A stretch of DNA of 64,000 nt from Candidatus Calescibacterium sp. GTDB lineage: Bacteria > Calescibacteriota > Calescibacteriia > Calescibacteriales > Calescibacteriaceae. Where the stretch lies: positions 80 through 64,079 of the forward strand of contig JAVVGL010000009.1 of NCBI GenBank assembly GCA_032249135.1, in the 5' to 3' direction. The notes under the pieces are model-generated. The model had not been told where the DNA came from. It did not search any database and saw only the letters and a list, made by a program, of their open reading frames with translations. Both the position numbers and the translations under genes were made by a program. This document shows positions 8,672-18,897 of this stretch, piece by piece (positions within the stretch are counted from its first letter, which is position 1; each line of letters starts with the position of its first letter).

Positions 8672-9757
8672 GTGGTTTGGGCATTATTAGTTGTATCGCT
8701 TCAAATATATAGTGGAGAGGCAGCTTCGGCTGACCTCTCTTTAAGAGGCCAGTTCCTTTATTCCTTCTCATACCAAGATAAAAATAACTGGTATGAGGGT
8801 TTCTCTATAAGAAGGGCAAGACTTATAACTGATGGTTTCTTCCTGCGAAAAGAAACAAAATACCACCTTCAACTCACTCTGGAAGGAGGGTCAGTATCCC
8901 TCCGGGACCTATACATAGACTCATCTTATGATATGTGGGGCGTGAGGTTGGGGCAGTGGAAAGTGCCATACAATAGAGAAGAAATCAACTCCTCCTTTCG
9001 CCTTGAACTTGTAGATAGAAGCATGATAAACGAGTTCTTCTATCTTGGAAGAGACATAGGATTAGACTTTGTGGTTGGACCGAAAAACTACAGGGTTCAT
9101 CTTGCTATCTTCACGGGTGCTGGAAGAAACATAAATATACCAAGGGTCAGCAGAAATCCTCTCTTTGTAGCAAGAGCTGAACTTGCTCCCGTAGGTAAGT
9201 TCGTATATGACCAGCCAAATCTGAAAAAAGAACAACTCGTCAATATCGGACTTTCAGCAGCTCTTATGGATATATCACAATCTGAAATAGAAATAGGTAA
9301 GATCAAGGGCAGAGCAGATAAATCGTCTTTTATGAAAGCAATAGACGCTGCGAAAATACCTGGAACTCTTTTTGCAGCCGAAGGAGACTTGAAAATATGG
9401 TGGGATATAGTTGGTTTTGAAACAGAGTTCCTTTATAACAGCTACAAAAAAGACTTTTCTGCTTTTGGTCTGAGAGTTCAGCCATCTATTGTTATAGATA
9501 ACTTAGGTATTGCTGCGAGATATTCTTTGCTAAATGTTAAAAAAGTTCCCGGTGGTGAGTTTGATGTTAGAGGAATGAAAATCAAAGGAGACAACAAAAC
9601 TGCGCATGAGATAACTTTCGGTCCTTCTTATTACTTCAAAGGTCATAACTTAAAAGTTCAACTTGATTACTCTCCTTTGATATTTGAAGGAGAGGATGGC
9701 AAAACTAAAATACAGCAACATCTTGTAAGGTTGCAGCTTCAAGTTGATATAAAATAA
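8672..9757 (+). CDS. Outer-membrane porin, phosphate-selective porin O/P-like
   Basis: Signal peptide. The motif GFSIRRARL..G......YHLQL is typical of the Porin_O_P family. C-terminal beta-strand pattern. Sits directly upstream of pstS. GTG start after a GGAGG. Confidence 0.7.
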   Translation: MVWALLVVSLQIYSGEAASADLSLRGQFLYSFSYQDKNNWYEGFSIRRARLITDGFFLRKETKYHLQLTLEGGSVSLRDLYIDSSYDMWGVRLGQWKVPYNREEINSSFRLELVDRSMINEFFYLGRDIGLDFVVGPKNYRVHLAIFTGAGRNINIPRVSRNPLFVARAELAPVGKFVYDQPNLKKEQLVNIGLSAALMDISQSEIEIGKIKGRADKSSFMKAIDAAKIPGTLFAAEGDLKIWWDIVGFETEFLYNSYKKDFSAFGLRVQPSIVIDNLGIAARYSLLNVKKVPGGEFDVRGMKIKGDNKTAHEITFGPSYYFKGHNLKVQLDYSPLIFEGEDGKTKIQQHLVRLQLQVDIK

Positions 9758-9763
9758 AACAAA

Positions 9764-9790
9764 ATGGTGGGTAGGGAGGGACGAACCCCC
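9764..9790 (-). other. 27-nt fragment resembling the 3' end (T-arm, acceptor, CCA) of the tRNA-Tyr at 29938. On the + strand it also forms a GC-rich hairpin between the porin and pstS genes.
   Basis: The minus strand GGGGGGTTCGTCCCTCCCTACCCACCA compared with the tRNA-Tyr CGGGGGTTCAAATCCCTCCCTCCCCACCA gives 24 of 29 aligned columns identical, with a 2-nt gap in the T-loop. Confidence 0.45.
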
Positions 9791-9829
9791 CTTCTTATAA
9801 AAAATAAAAAAAAAGGAGGTATAAAAACC

Positions 9830-10969
9830 ATGAAAAAAATAACAGGAAGGAAAATAAAACAAATAAAAAAGGAAAATAAAATAAAGCAAGCAAAAAAAGA
9901 GGCACCGAATATGTTCTTTGTCCCGGCAAACATGTTCACCGCACCAGCCCTCATTCTCTTCTTTCTCTCTTCCTTTTTCCTATTCTTCAAAATAACTTCA
10001 GCTCAACAACCTAAAATAATAAAAATAGATGGTTCAAGTACGGTGTATCCGATAACGGAAGCCGTTGCAGAAGAGTTCCAGAAAAAATATAAAGATATAA
10101 AGGTGACAGTTGGTATATCAGGAACAGGAGGAGGGTTCAAAAAGTTCTGCCGTGGTGAGACCGATATATCAAACGCATCAAGACCTATAAAAAAATCGGA
10201 AATTGAACTTTGTGCACAGAACAATATAGAGTATATTGAAATACCCGTAGCTTATGATGCTCTCTCAGTTGTCGTAAATAAACAAAATAACTGGGTTGAT
10301 AACATCACTGTTGAAGAGCTGAAAAAGATATGGGAACCCGAGGCACAAGGTAAGATAACAAAGTGGAACCAAATAAGACCAAACTGGCCAGATGCTCCCC
10401 TGAGACTTTTCGGTCCAGGTACAGACTCCGGAACATTTGATTACTTTACAGAGGTCATAGTTGGTCAAACTGGTAAAAGCAGAGGCGATTATGTAGCAAG
10501 TGAAGATGATAATGTTCTCGTTCAAGGTGTGCAAGGAGATAAATATGCTCTTGGATACTTCGGTTATGCGTACTATGTTGAAAATAAAGATAAACTAAAA
10601 GCAGTTCCAGTAGTAAATCCTATAACTGGTAAGCCCGTGGAACCTTCTGAGGAGAATATATACAAAGGAGAATATATTCCTCTTTCGCGACCACTATTCA
10701 TTTATGTGAACTTCAAATCGTTGGAGAAAAAAGAGGTTCAAGACTTTGTTGACTTTTACATAAAGAATGCGGGGAAACTTTCTCGTGAGGTAGGATATGT
10801 TCCTTTGCCACAAGACTTTTACGATGTTGTTGCAGAAAGGTTCAAAAGAAGAATTAAAGGAACTGCATTCGGTGGTGAAGCAAAATATATATCTTTGAAT
10901 GAATTCATAAAGCTTGAAAAAGAAAAACTCGGTCTTGAACAAGAAAAGAAAGACAAAAAGAAAAAGTAA
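9830..10969 (+). CDS. pstS: Phosphate ABC transporter substrate-binding protein, PstS family
   Basis: [50 protein letters not shown]. The start was chosen at the ATG 10 nt after AAGGAGG. The track ORF beginning at 9764 runs through the GC-rich hairpin. Confidence 0.85.
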   Translation: MKKITGRKIKQIKKENKIKQAKKEAPNMFFVPANMFTAPALILFFLSSFFLFFKITSAQQPKIIKIDGSSTVYPITEAVAEEFQKKYKDIKVTVGISGTGGGFKKFCRGETDISNASRPIKKSEIELCAQNNIEYIEIPVAYDALSVVVNKQNNWVDNITVEELKKIWEPEAQGKITKWNQIRPNWPDAPLRLFGPGTDSGTFDYFTEVIVGQTGKSRGDYVASEDDNVLVQGVQGDKYALGYFGYAYYVENKDKLKAVPVVNPITGKPVEPSEENIYKGEYIPLSRPLFIYVNFKSLEKKEVQDFVDFYIKNAGKLSREVGYVPLPQDFYDVVAERFKRRIKGTAFGGEAKYISLNEFIKLEKEKLGLEQEKKDKKKK

Positions 10970-11009
10970 AGTTAAATAAAAAAAAGAGATAGAAAAAAGA
11001 AGATAAAAA

Positions 11010-11050
11010 GGGGAAGAGGGAAATTTTTAAACCCTCTTCCCTATTTTTTA
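11010..11050 (+). terminator. Rho-independent terminator after pstS
   Basis: A perfect 10-bp GC-rich stem, GGGAAGAGGG (11011-11020) with CCCTCTTCCC (11032-11041), followed by TATTTTTTA. Confidence 0.7.
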
Positions 11051-11055
11051 TTTTT

Positions 11056-11718
11056 ATGTTTGTAGATTCTGAACCTGATATATCTATTTTTGGGAAGAAG
11101 ATTGAAATAAATTTACCTAACTTCAAAAGGATCCATCACAAGAAAAACCCTTACATTTTTGGGGAAGTAGAATATGAAGGTAATAAATTTATCGTTTATG
11201 TAGGCAAAAATGGTATTAGTATTGTTCCGTTTGATCCAGAGTTATTTTTGGATTTGATTTTGAGCATTAGGGTAATTGCAGGGAAGGGAGAAAAAAAAGA
11301 AGATATAGAAAAAAAAGAAGATCACGGAGAAGAAAATGAAAGAGGAATTTTCGTAGATGGTAATGAAAAAGGTTTCTGTATTTTATGGGTAGAAAATGGG
11401 AGGATACGAAAAATTTTTCTTTGTGAAAATGATGCAACTGCGAACAAAAACGAACTTTTAGCAATTCTTTTTGCTCATAAGAAATTCAGAGATAAGATAA
11501 AAAAAGAAGGAGTAAAGATATACTCTGATTCTTCTTTTGCTATAAATAAAGCTAAAAAATTGTATAATATTGATGCGGAGAAAGTTAGAGCACATTCGGG
11601 GAATCTGTGGAACACTGTAGCCGATGCTCTTGTGAAAAATGTGAAATCGTTCGCAAAAATGCAAGAAAATGGAAAAATGAAAGTTGAATTCATAAATTTG
11701 AAATTATGGTCATGGTAG
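11056..11718 (+). CDS. RNase H (type 1) domain protein with an unrecognised N-terminal region of about 95 aa
   Basis: DEDD-like layout: IFVDGNEKG, TANKNELLAIL, KIYSDSSFAI, AHSGNLWNTVADALV. Its stop overlaps the phoU start by 13 nt. Confidence 0.6.
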   Translation: MFVDSEPDISIFGKKIEINLPNFKRIHHKKNPYIFGEVEYEGNKFIVYVGKNGISIVPFDPELFLDLILSIRVIAGKGEKKEDIEKKEDHGEENERGIFVDGNEKGFCILWVENGRIRKIFLCENDATANKNELLAILFAHKKFRDKIKKEGVKIYSDSSFAINKAKKLYNIDAEKVRAHSGNLWNTVADALVKNVKSFAKMQENGKMKVEFINLKLWSW

Positions 11719-12371
11719 AAAGAAAAATAGAGGAAGTGAAGGAAAAGTTGATAGAGTTTTCAGAGATAGTGAAAGGTATGCTGAAAAAGAGTATAAAGGG
11801 GCTCATGGAGAAGGATGAAAGACTTTTAAAAGAAGTAATAGAGGAAGATGAGATGAAATGTAACGATCTTGAAATAGAAATAGATGAAATGTGCATACAC
11901 ATAATAGCGCAGTTTGAGCCACGAGCGAAGCATCTGAGAACAATTTTTTTGGCTCTCAAAATGAATAATGACCTTGAAAGAATGGGGGATCATGCAGTAA
12001 ATATTTCTCAAAGTGGTTTATTTTTGATATCAAAACCACAGGTTAAACCGCTTTTGGATATACCAAGAATGGCAGAGGAGGTAAGTAAGATGCTTGAAGA
12101 TAGTCTAAAATCTTTCGTAAATGAAGATGCAGCTCTTGCGAAATCTGTATGTGAAAGAGATGATATAATAGATGATTATCGTGACCAGATAGTAAGGGAA
12201 CTCATAACATACATGGTGTCGGATCCATCAACAATTGAGAGGGCTCTTCACCTCATAAGAATCTCGGGGAATTTGGAAAGAATAGCTGATCTGACAACGA
12301 ACATCTGTGAGGATGTGATATTTATGGTCAAAGGTGAGTTAATGAAACATCACAAGACTATAAAATTCTGA
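11706..12371 (+). CDS. phoU: Phosphate signalling complex protein PhoU
   Basis: Two PhoU repeats with the motifs LERMGDHAVNI and LERIADLTTNI. Confidence 0.9.
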   Translation: MVMVERKIEEVKEKLIEFSEIVKGMLKKSIKGLMEKDERLLKEVIEEDEMKCNDLEIEIDEMCIHIIAQFEPRAKHLRTIFLALKMNNDLERMGDHAVNISQSGLFLISKPQVKPLLDIPRMAEEVSKMLEDSLKSFVNEDAALAKSVCERDDIIDDYRDQIVRELITYMVSDPSTIERALHLIRISGNLERIADLTTNICEDVIFMVKGELMKHHKTIKF

Positions 12372-12388
12372 TTCTTAAACTATATATA

Positions 12389-13429
12389 TTAGAATCTTCT
12401 GTTAAGTTCCCAGTTCCATGCGGTTTTCACTATGAAATGAAGGTCATCATATTTTGGAGAAAATCCTAATTTGTTTTTTATTTTTGTCGGATCAGCGACA
12501 AGTGCTACTGGGTCCCCTGGTCTTCTATTTCCTACTTTCTTTGGTATTTCAAAGCCTACGACTTCATCAACAACCTTCAAAACTTCAAGTACAGAATATC
12601 CTTTCCCATATCCTACATTAAATATATCGCTTTCACCCCCGTCTAATATGTATTTTAAAGCAAGGATATGAGAATAAGATAGGTCTTGTATATGAATGTA
12701 ATCTCTTATGCAAGTGCCATCAGGAGTAGGGTAGTCTTTTCCATAAATTTCTAAAAAAGGAATTTCTCCCTTTGCTACTTTCAAAGCCCTTAAAATAAGA
12801 TGGGTTGGATTGCGAGATGATTGTCCAAGCATACCTTCTGGATCTGCTCCCGCAGCGTTAAAATATCTTAGGGAAACAAACTTGAAATTTTTTTCCGCCA
12901 AAGACAGGGAACGAAGAAGTTTCTCACAGGCAAGTTTTGTCTCTCCATAAGGATTTTCCGGCTTTGTCGGATGTTCCTCCGGGATAGGAAGTTTTTCTGG
13001 ATTCCCATAAACAGCAGCAGTAGAGGAGAATATGAAAAAAATTTTTTTCTTCTTCAAAATAGGTAGGAGGCAAGAGAGCAGGGATATCATACCTCCCACA
13101 TTATTATCCCAATATTCAACAGGTTTTTCAACGCTTTCTGGAACAACCAAAAAAGCGGAAAAATGCATGACGACATCAGGTTCAAATTCAGATAAAATTT
13201 TTGTAAGGAGTGCTCTATCTCTCACATCTCCTACTACTAACTTACCATACAAAACAGCTTCCTTATGACCTGAATATAGATTATCAATTGTGAGAAAATC
13301 GGAATTTTTAAATATGTTACCAAGAAGTTTTAGAACATGGCTCCCGATATATCCAGCTCCTCCTGTTATGAGAAATTTCAAATGTGCTTTTACCTGCTCC
13401 ATTTTTACCGACCTATTATTTATCTTCAC
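12389..13429 (-). CDS. galE: UDP-glucose 4-epimerase
   Basis: ITGGAGYIGSH Rossmann motif, YGETKLACEK (YxxxK) and a GalE-like C-terminus. The start could instead be the internal Met at 13402. Confidence 0.85.
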   Translation of the reverse strand: MKINNRSVKMEQVKAHLKFLITGGAGYIGSHVLKLLGNIFKNSDFLTIDNLYSGHKEAVLYGKLVVGDVRDRALLTKILSEFEPDVVMHFSAFLVVPESVEKPVEYWDNNVGGMISLLSCLLPILKKKKIFFIFSSTAAVYGNPEKLPIPEEHPTKPENPYGETKLACEKLLRSLSLAEKNFKFVSLRYFNAAGADPEGMLGQSSRNPTHLILRALKVAKGEIPFLEIYGKDYPTPDGTCIRDYIHIQDLSYSHILALKYILDGGESDIFNVGYGKGYSVLEVLKVVDEVVGFEIPKKVGNRRPGDPVALVADPTKIKNKLGFSPKYDDLHFIVKTAWNWELNRRF

Positions 13430-15114
13430 AATATTTCAATGAGTTCAAATTCAAAACCTAAATCAGACCATGCTGAACTTTTGAATCTAACCATAGCTTT
13501 TATTTTACCTATAATGGGTTCAATTTTTTTCGCAAGTCCATATGCTATTATTTCTGCGTATCCATCTTTTGTTTTTGCTATCATTTTTATGTGTTCATCT
13601 TCTTTCCCCACTGTTCTGCTTTCTAATATTTCCGCATCAATTAAGAAAACTGGGAAAGGATTTCCTTCGCCAAAAGGTTCAAGTTTTGTCAGCTCTACCA
13701 GATCTGACGACCTTACCTCCCCGAGATGTAAGTATTCATCATAATCAACTATTATTTCTGGTACTCCATTTGGACCTAATGATTCTCTGACAGCTTTTTC
13801 AAAACAATCTGCAAATTCTTGAACTTTTTCAGGTTGTAATGCTATCCCAGCTGCTTGGGAGTGTCCGCCGTATTTTATCAGAGTATGTGAAACTTTATCC
13901 AATACACCCATTATATTGATAAATTCAGGTGCTCTTATTGAACCTCGTGCTATATCGTTCCTTATTGATATGACACAAGTTGGTTTCCCTGTTGCTTCAA
14001 GGATTTTTGCCGCTACGAGCCCCAAAACTCCTTCGTGCCAATCCTCACCCCAAACTACGACTGACCACTTTGAATCATCTATGAGCCCCAAAAATTTTAT
14101 GTCATCTAATATAGAATCTACGGTTTCTCTTCTCCAGGAATTCATACTCTCTATTTCGTTGGAAAGTTTTTCTACATCTTTTATGTTTTGTTCGAAAAGA
14201 AGTCTGAAAGAGATTTCTGGTTTTCCTGCTCTTCCGGAAGAATTTATTCTTGGAACGATTCTCATTTGTATGTCCCTTGATGATATTTTTTCTCTTTTCG
14301 TTACTTTTTGAGCAAGAGTAGCTAATCCAATGTTCCCAGTTCCTCCCCTTATTAAATCTATGCCGAATTTGACAAAAATTCTGTTATCTCCTAAAAGTGG
14401 AACCATGTCTCCTATTGTTCCAACTGTTACTATGTCAAGATATTTTCTTGGTTTTGGTAAATCTTTTCCGATTTTGGCTCTTGTTGATGCGACGAGTTCA
14501 AAGGAAACTCCGGCACCAGAGAGAAATTTTGTTGAGCTATCATGAGGAATTGTTTTGGGGTGTAAAACAGCGAATGCATGCTGTGGCAAAGAATAATCCA
14601 GGTGATGATGGTCGCAAACTATAACATCTATTCCGAAAAGCTTTGCATATCTTATTTCTTCATGATTTCTGACTCCACAGTCAGCGGTTATTATCAATTT
14701 ACTATTTTTTGCTCTGACTTGGTCTATAAAATCTTTTGTCAGCCCATATCCTTCTTTATCTCTTGATGGAACTCTAACTAAAATATTTTCCTCTGGAAAA
14801 CCACAATCTCTGAGGAAGCTTGATATAACTGCGGCTGATGTTATTCCATCAGCGTCTGCATCTGAGAAAATTCCTATCACCTCACGGTTTATTATGGCTT
14901 TGGCCAACCTTTCTGAGGCTTTTTTCATATCAGGAAAAACAAAAGGATTTTCAGCTTTCTCCAGAGACGGGTACAGAAAATCTTCCACCCTCCCAGGAGA
15001 AGTTATTCCACGAGAAACTAAAATTTTTGAGAGTAGGTAAGATATTCCGAATTCTTTTGCTAACTCTCTTGCGAGTTTCTCATCGCAAGTTCTTTTTCTC
15101 CACTTCTTGATCAT
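13426..15114 (-). CDS. recJ: Single-stranded-DNA-specific exonuclease RecJ
   Basis: DHH family motifs: IFSDADADGITSAA, ITADCG, VCDHHH, GGHSQAAG. Confidence 0.9.
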   Translation of the reverse strand: MIKKWRKRTCDEKLARELAKEFGISYLLSKILVSRGITSPGRVEDFLYPSLEKAENPFVFPDMKKASERLAKAIINREVIGIFSDADADGITSAAVISSFLRDCGFPEENILVRVPSRDKEGYGLTKDFIDQVRAKNSKLIITADCGVRNHEEIRYAKLFGIDVIVCDHHHLDYSLPQHAFAVLHPKTIPHDSSTKFLSGAGVSFELVASTRAKIGKDLPKPRKYLDIVTVGTIGDMVPLLGDNRIFVKFGIDLIRGGTGNIGLATLAQKVTKREKISSRDIQMRIVPRINSSGRAGKPEISFRLLFEQNIKDVEKLSNEIESMNSWRRETVDSILDDIKFLGLIDDSKWSVVVWGEDWHEGVLGLVAAKILEATGKPTCVISIRNDIARGSIRAPEFINIMGVLDKVSHTLIKYGGHSQAAGIALQPEKVQEFADCFEKAVRESLGPNGVPEIIVDYDEYLHLGEVRSSDLVELTKLEPFGEGNPFPVFLIDAEILESRTVGKEDEHIKMIAKTKDGYAEIIAYGLAKKIEPIIGKIKAMVRFKSSAWSDLGFEFELIEIL

Positions 15115-15309
15115 TTCTTTTCAAATTTCAAAAAGAACAATAACAAAAAAAACAATAAATAAAGATTAAAAGGAAAAATGCAATTACAACAAGGTTTGAA
15201 ACACAAAAATGAAAAAAATTTTTAAATTAAAAAATGAAAAGTTTTTGGAAAAATATAAAAGTGAAAATTAAAATAAAAATTTGAAAAAAAAATCAAGGAG
15301 GTGAAAAAT

Positions 15310-17682
15310 ATGGGAATGAAAAAATTATTGGTATCTTTGTCTTTTACGGCAGTGATAGCTCTGTTCTTCGTAGGATGTGGTAAAGAGGAGAAACCTCCAG
15401 AGCAACCAAAAACTTCTGGCGTTGAGGAGCATAAGATGGAAGGTGGTACAATTCATGTTTTGCCGAATAGTAAAATGTCTTCTTTGATATCGCAAGGGAA
15501 ATATGATACTATAAGAAAGGAATTCTGTGGGGATAACGGTTGCTCAGATGAGCTCAAAACATTCGGTGATAAAGCAACAGTTAACCTTGTTGTAACCTTT
15601 ACAAATACTATGATTTTGTTTCAAAGATTAGATAAAGCTCTAACTACGATTTGTGGATTTGTGGGAAGTTCTTTACCTCAAATTTGTGGTAGTCAATCAG
15701 CTCCCGGACACCAAGCTTCAAGAATATCAGGAAAGCAAACAGATATAGTTGATACTGTGTTAAATCTTGTCGGATTAAACAGAAATGAAATAACAACTCT
15801 TATGACAGAGATTGCAACAGCAACGGAAAATTATATAAAAATTCCGGATTCAAAAAATTATGTTTTTGCAATAACGGTGCCATTTCAGGTGAAGGTGGGT
15901 AATCTTGTAGATGTTTGGTTCAAAGCAGGAACTCAAATAAGATGGGACCTTATGAATATTTTGGGGGCTGTATCTCAGCTTATTCTCGCAGGATTCAATG
16001 TTATTAACTCGCATGACCTTGTATTAGATATAGGAGCAATTTTGAGTAATGCAAATCAGCTACTTTCAGATCTGCAAGGAGACCCGGCAGGTTTTATAGT
16101 AAGATTACCCGGAACATTAGGACTGGATGGGGCTCCAAACTTTTTGAGGTTCAAGCAAGGTGGAGCTGATATATGGAAACAGATACCTACGAATTTCTCA
16201 AAGGCTTTCAGCTGGTCAGGTCAAGGTCTTGAATATATGTTTAATAATCCTTGTAAAGATAACGACCCAGCTCTTGTTTGCTACAAAGATGCAAAGCTCA
16301 GATTTAACCTTGACCTTCAAAAAAATAATAAATTCTTGGGAGAAAAAGCAACCGGTGAATTATCTTTACCCGGAGGTTTCACAGCAGAAACGGCTCAAAA
16401 TATAGTGAAAATTCTGAAAAACGGAGGAGAAAAATTTGATTGCTCAAAAGATGATAATGTAATTCATATATCTGAGGGGCCAGATAAATTTGATGTATCT
16501 AAAATTGTGAATACAGTAGGTTCATTCATAGCAGGTAGCATAACCGCAATTGAACTTCCGAACTTTATGAAGATAGATGTATGTAGGTTCTTTGGAGCGG
16601 AAGGCTCACAACCAAAACCTATAAGAGATTTACTTTTCCCGCATGAGCTCGTTCGAGACGGAAATGAATACAAGACAGCAAATGCAGGTAAGTTCTTCGC
16701 ATTAGAGGTAGAAGCGAGCAGAAACTTTTACTTGAAAGCTATAACTTCGGGGAATAATCAAGATAACCCAATTTATCTGAACAGATGGACAAACTATGGA
16801 GATTTGGTTATTGTGACAAATCTCTTTACGAATCCACCTCACTCGTTTGTTCCTCAACTTCCTTATTTGAAACCAGCATGGGTTCGTTTCGTTTCAGGAT
16901 TAACAACTATATCTTATGTTGAAACAACGACTACTATCCCTATTACTCCTGAGGGTTCCACAATCCCTATTCCTGTAACATTTTCCTATATTATACCTAC
17001 AACTAATCAGTTTGAAGGCATACAAATAGAAAGAGGATTTGGGGACTTTAAAAACTTTGCTCCTCTTCTTGACCCAACAAAGTATAGTTCTGGATTGCCA
17101 GAAAATACTATTGGTCTTTTGGTTTCAAAGAATTGGGTCAAAGGTGATTATGTGGCAAGAGGAGATGGAAAGAGATTTTCAAAAGTAAAGGACCAGAATG
17201 GCAATTCTCTTGAAATCTCCAAAGATTATCTTGATCCACTTACATCTTTTATATCTTTGAGATGGCACTCGCAATACCCGCAAGATGTAGTATCATCGTT
17301 ATCAGCTATACTTAACGATATAGGAACGAAGTTCTTAATTTATGTTCTTCTCAGGGACCCATCATGGAATAGTTCAACTCAAATAGATATATGCAGTGTT
17401 CTTTATGCATTTGCTAACTCAGCAAAACAAAAATATGATGCCACAACAGACTCAATGAAAAAGTCAGCAATTGCAAATATAGTCAAAGCTGTTTATGCAC
17501 TTCAATCATCAAGGGGAGCTCAACAAGTTTGGAACTGCTCTGTTATTACTATTTCAGGAGAAAATCCGTTTTCATTCACTGTATCTCAGGTTCAAGCTGA
17601 TTGGAAGGGAGCAACAAATCAGATTGTTAACGACTTACTTGGACTTGGATTGTTCGCTATTGCAGCTTCGGGCGTTGAGTAA
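15310..17682 (+). CDS. Large lipoprotein of unknown function (about 790 aa)
   Basis: MGMKKLLVSLSFTAVIALFFVGC carries a lipobox. AAGGAGG lies 8 nt upstream of the ATG at 15310. No family recognised. Confidence 0.6.
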   Translation: MGMKKLLVSLSFTAVIALFFVGCGKEEKPPEQPKTSGVEEHKMEGGTIHVLPNSKMSSLISQGKYDTIRKEFCGDNGCSDELKTFGDKATVNLVVTFTNTMILFQRLDKALTTICGFVGSSLPQICGSQSAPGHQASRISGKQTDIVDTVLNLVGLNRNEITTLMTEIATATENYIKIPDSKNYVFAITVPFQVKVGNLVDVWFKAGTQIRWDLMNILGAVSQLILAGFNVINSHDLVLDIGAILSNANQLLSDLQGDPAGFIVRLPGTLGLDGAPNFLRFKQGGADIWKQIPTNFSKAFSWSGQGLEYMFNNPCKDNDPALVCYKDAKLRFNLDLQKNNKFLGEKATGELSLPGGFTAETAQNIVKILKNGGEKFDCSKDDNVIHISEGPDKFDVSKIVNTVGSFIAGSITAIELPNFMKIDVCRFFGAEGSQPKPIRDLLFPHELVRDGNEYKTANAGKFFALEVEASRNFYLKAITSGNNQDNPIYLNRWTNYGDLVIVTNLFTNPPHSFVPQLPYLKPAWVRFVSGLTTISYVETTTTIPITPEGSTIPIPVTFSYIIPTTNQFEGIQIERGFGDFKNFAPLLDPTKYSSGLPENTIGLLVSKNWVKGDYVARGDGKRFSKVKDQNGNSLEISKDYLDPLTSFISLRWHSQYPQDVVSSLSAILNDIGTKFLIYVLLRDPSWNSSTQIDICSVLYAFANSAKQKYDATTDSMKKSAIANIVKAVYALQSSRGAQQVWNCSVITISGENPFSFTVSQVQADWKGATNQIVNDLLGLGLFAIAASGVE

Positions 17683-17769
17683 AATATAGCGAGAAAAAGT
17701 AAAAAAAAGCAAAGTCAAAATATAGTTTGAAAACAGCTTTTCTTATTTCCTGATGCTAATATTATTTAG

Positions 17770-18897
17770 ATGTTATCGGAAAATGAACGGGGCAGGATTA
17801 TTTCTAAAAATAAAGAAAAAATTGAGCTATTCTTTGAATTCGCATTTGAGCTTGGCTCAAAAAGAAATATAGATGATGTTTTGAGCGTAGTAGCAGACTT
17901 TACTACGAAAATTTTGGATTGCGATAGAGCTTCAATCTTTGTATATAATAAAGAAACCTCAAAGCTGTGGACGAAAGTTGCTCACGGACTTGAGGAAAAA
18001 ATTGAGGTTGATCAAAATATCGGAATTGTTGGTTGGGTTTTCTCAAACAGAAAACCTCTTATTGTCAATTCACCTTATTCCGACCCAAGATTTAATCCCG
18101 AAACAGATAAAAAAACCGGATACAGAACGAAAAGCATAATAGCCGTGCCTTTGATTACCTACTCCGGAAATGCCGTAGGAGTTCTTGAAGGAATAAACAA
18201 AAACGGAGAGGGATTTACCAATGATGATTTAGAATTCGCTCAGGTTCTTGCCGTCCAAGCTGCTAATGCAATAGAGAACGCAATATTGTATGAGGAACTG
18301 AAAAAAGCTCAGGAGGAAATAGTTATGAGGCTTTCTATTGCGGCTGAGTTCAGAGATAGCGCAACTTATAACCATCTTGTTAGAATGTCCCTTTACTCTT
18401 ACCTTATTGCGAAAGAGATGGGTTTTGATGAGGAGTGGTGTGAGAAATTAAAACTTGCCGCACCTATGCACGATATTGGAAAACTTGGAATAAAAGATAC
18501 GATACTTTTAAAACCTGGGAAACTTACCGATGAAGAATTTGAAGAAATGAAAAAACACACAATTTATGGATACGAAATCCTCAAAGACTCCACAATAGAT
18601 ATACTTAAAATGGCTTCAAATGTTGCTTTGTGCCATCACGAAAAATATGATGGAACTGGTTATCCCAGAGGTTTAAAAGGAGAGGAAATACCTATTGAGG
18701 CAAGAATTGTTGCTGTTGCAGATGTGTTTGACGCTCTTACATCTCGCAGACCTTACAAAGAACCATACGAGATTGAGCGCGCCGTTGAAATTATAGAAAA
18801 AGATAGTGGAAAACATTTTGATCCAAAAGTTGTTCAAGCTTTCAAAAAAGCTCTCCCAGAAATAATAAAAGTACTCAAAAAGTATGGAGTTGAATAG
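17770..18897 (+). CDS. GAF domain / HD-GYP domain protein (putative c-di-GMP phosphodiesterase)
   Basis: N-terminal GAF-like region. HDIGKLGI and HHEKYDGTGYPRGL motifs. Confidence 0.85.
   Translation: MLSENERGRIISKNKEKIELFFEFAFELGSKRNIDDVLSVVADFTTKILDCDRASIFVYNKETSKLWTKVAHGLEEKIEVDQNIGIVGWVFSNRKPLIVNSPYSDPRFNPETDKKTGYRTKSIIAVPLITYSGNAVGVLEGINKNGEGFTNDDLEFAQVLAVQAANAIENAILYEELKKAQEEIVMRLSIAAEFRDSATYNHLVRMSLYSYLIAKEMGFDEEWCEKLKLAAPMHDIGKLGIKDTILLKPGKLTDEEFEEMKKHTIYGYEILKDSTIDILKMASNVALCHHEKYDGTGYPRGLKGEEIPIEARIVAVADVFDALTSRRPYKEPYEIERAVEIIEKDSGKHFDPKVVQAFKKALPEIIKVLKKYGVE

Noticed and set aside
8404-8712. 102-aa TTG-initiated ORF upstream of and overlapping the porin gene
   Set aside because: It is a basic, low-complexity sequence with no SD and overlaps the better-supported porin start. 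I treated it as non-coding leader.
9764-9829. N-terminal extension of pstS proposed by the ORF track (MVGREGRTPLLIKNKKKGG…)
   Set aside because: It runs through the GC-rich tRNA-like hairpin and ends in a poly-Lys stretch derived from an A-run. A strong AAGGAGG precedes the ATG at 9830, which gives a normal signal peptide.
12370-12396. Possible bidirectional terminator between phoU and galE (gattct…agaatc)
   Set aside because: The stem is only 6-7 AT-rich base pairs with a 15-nt loop and no flanking T-run. That is too weak to call.
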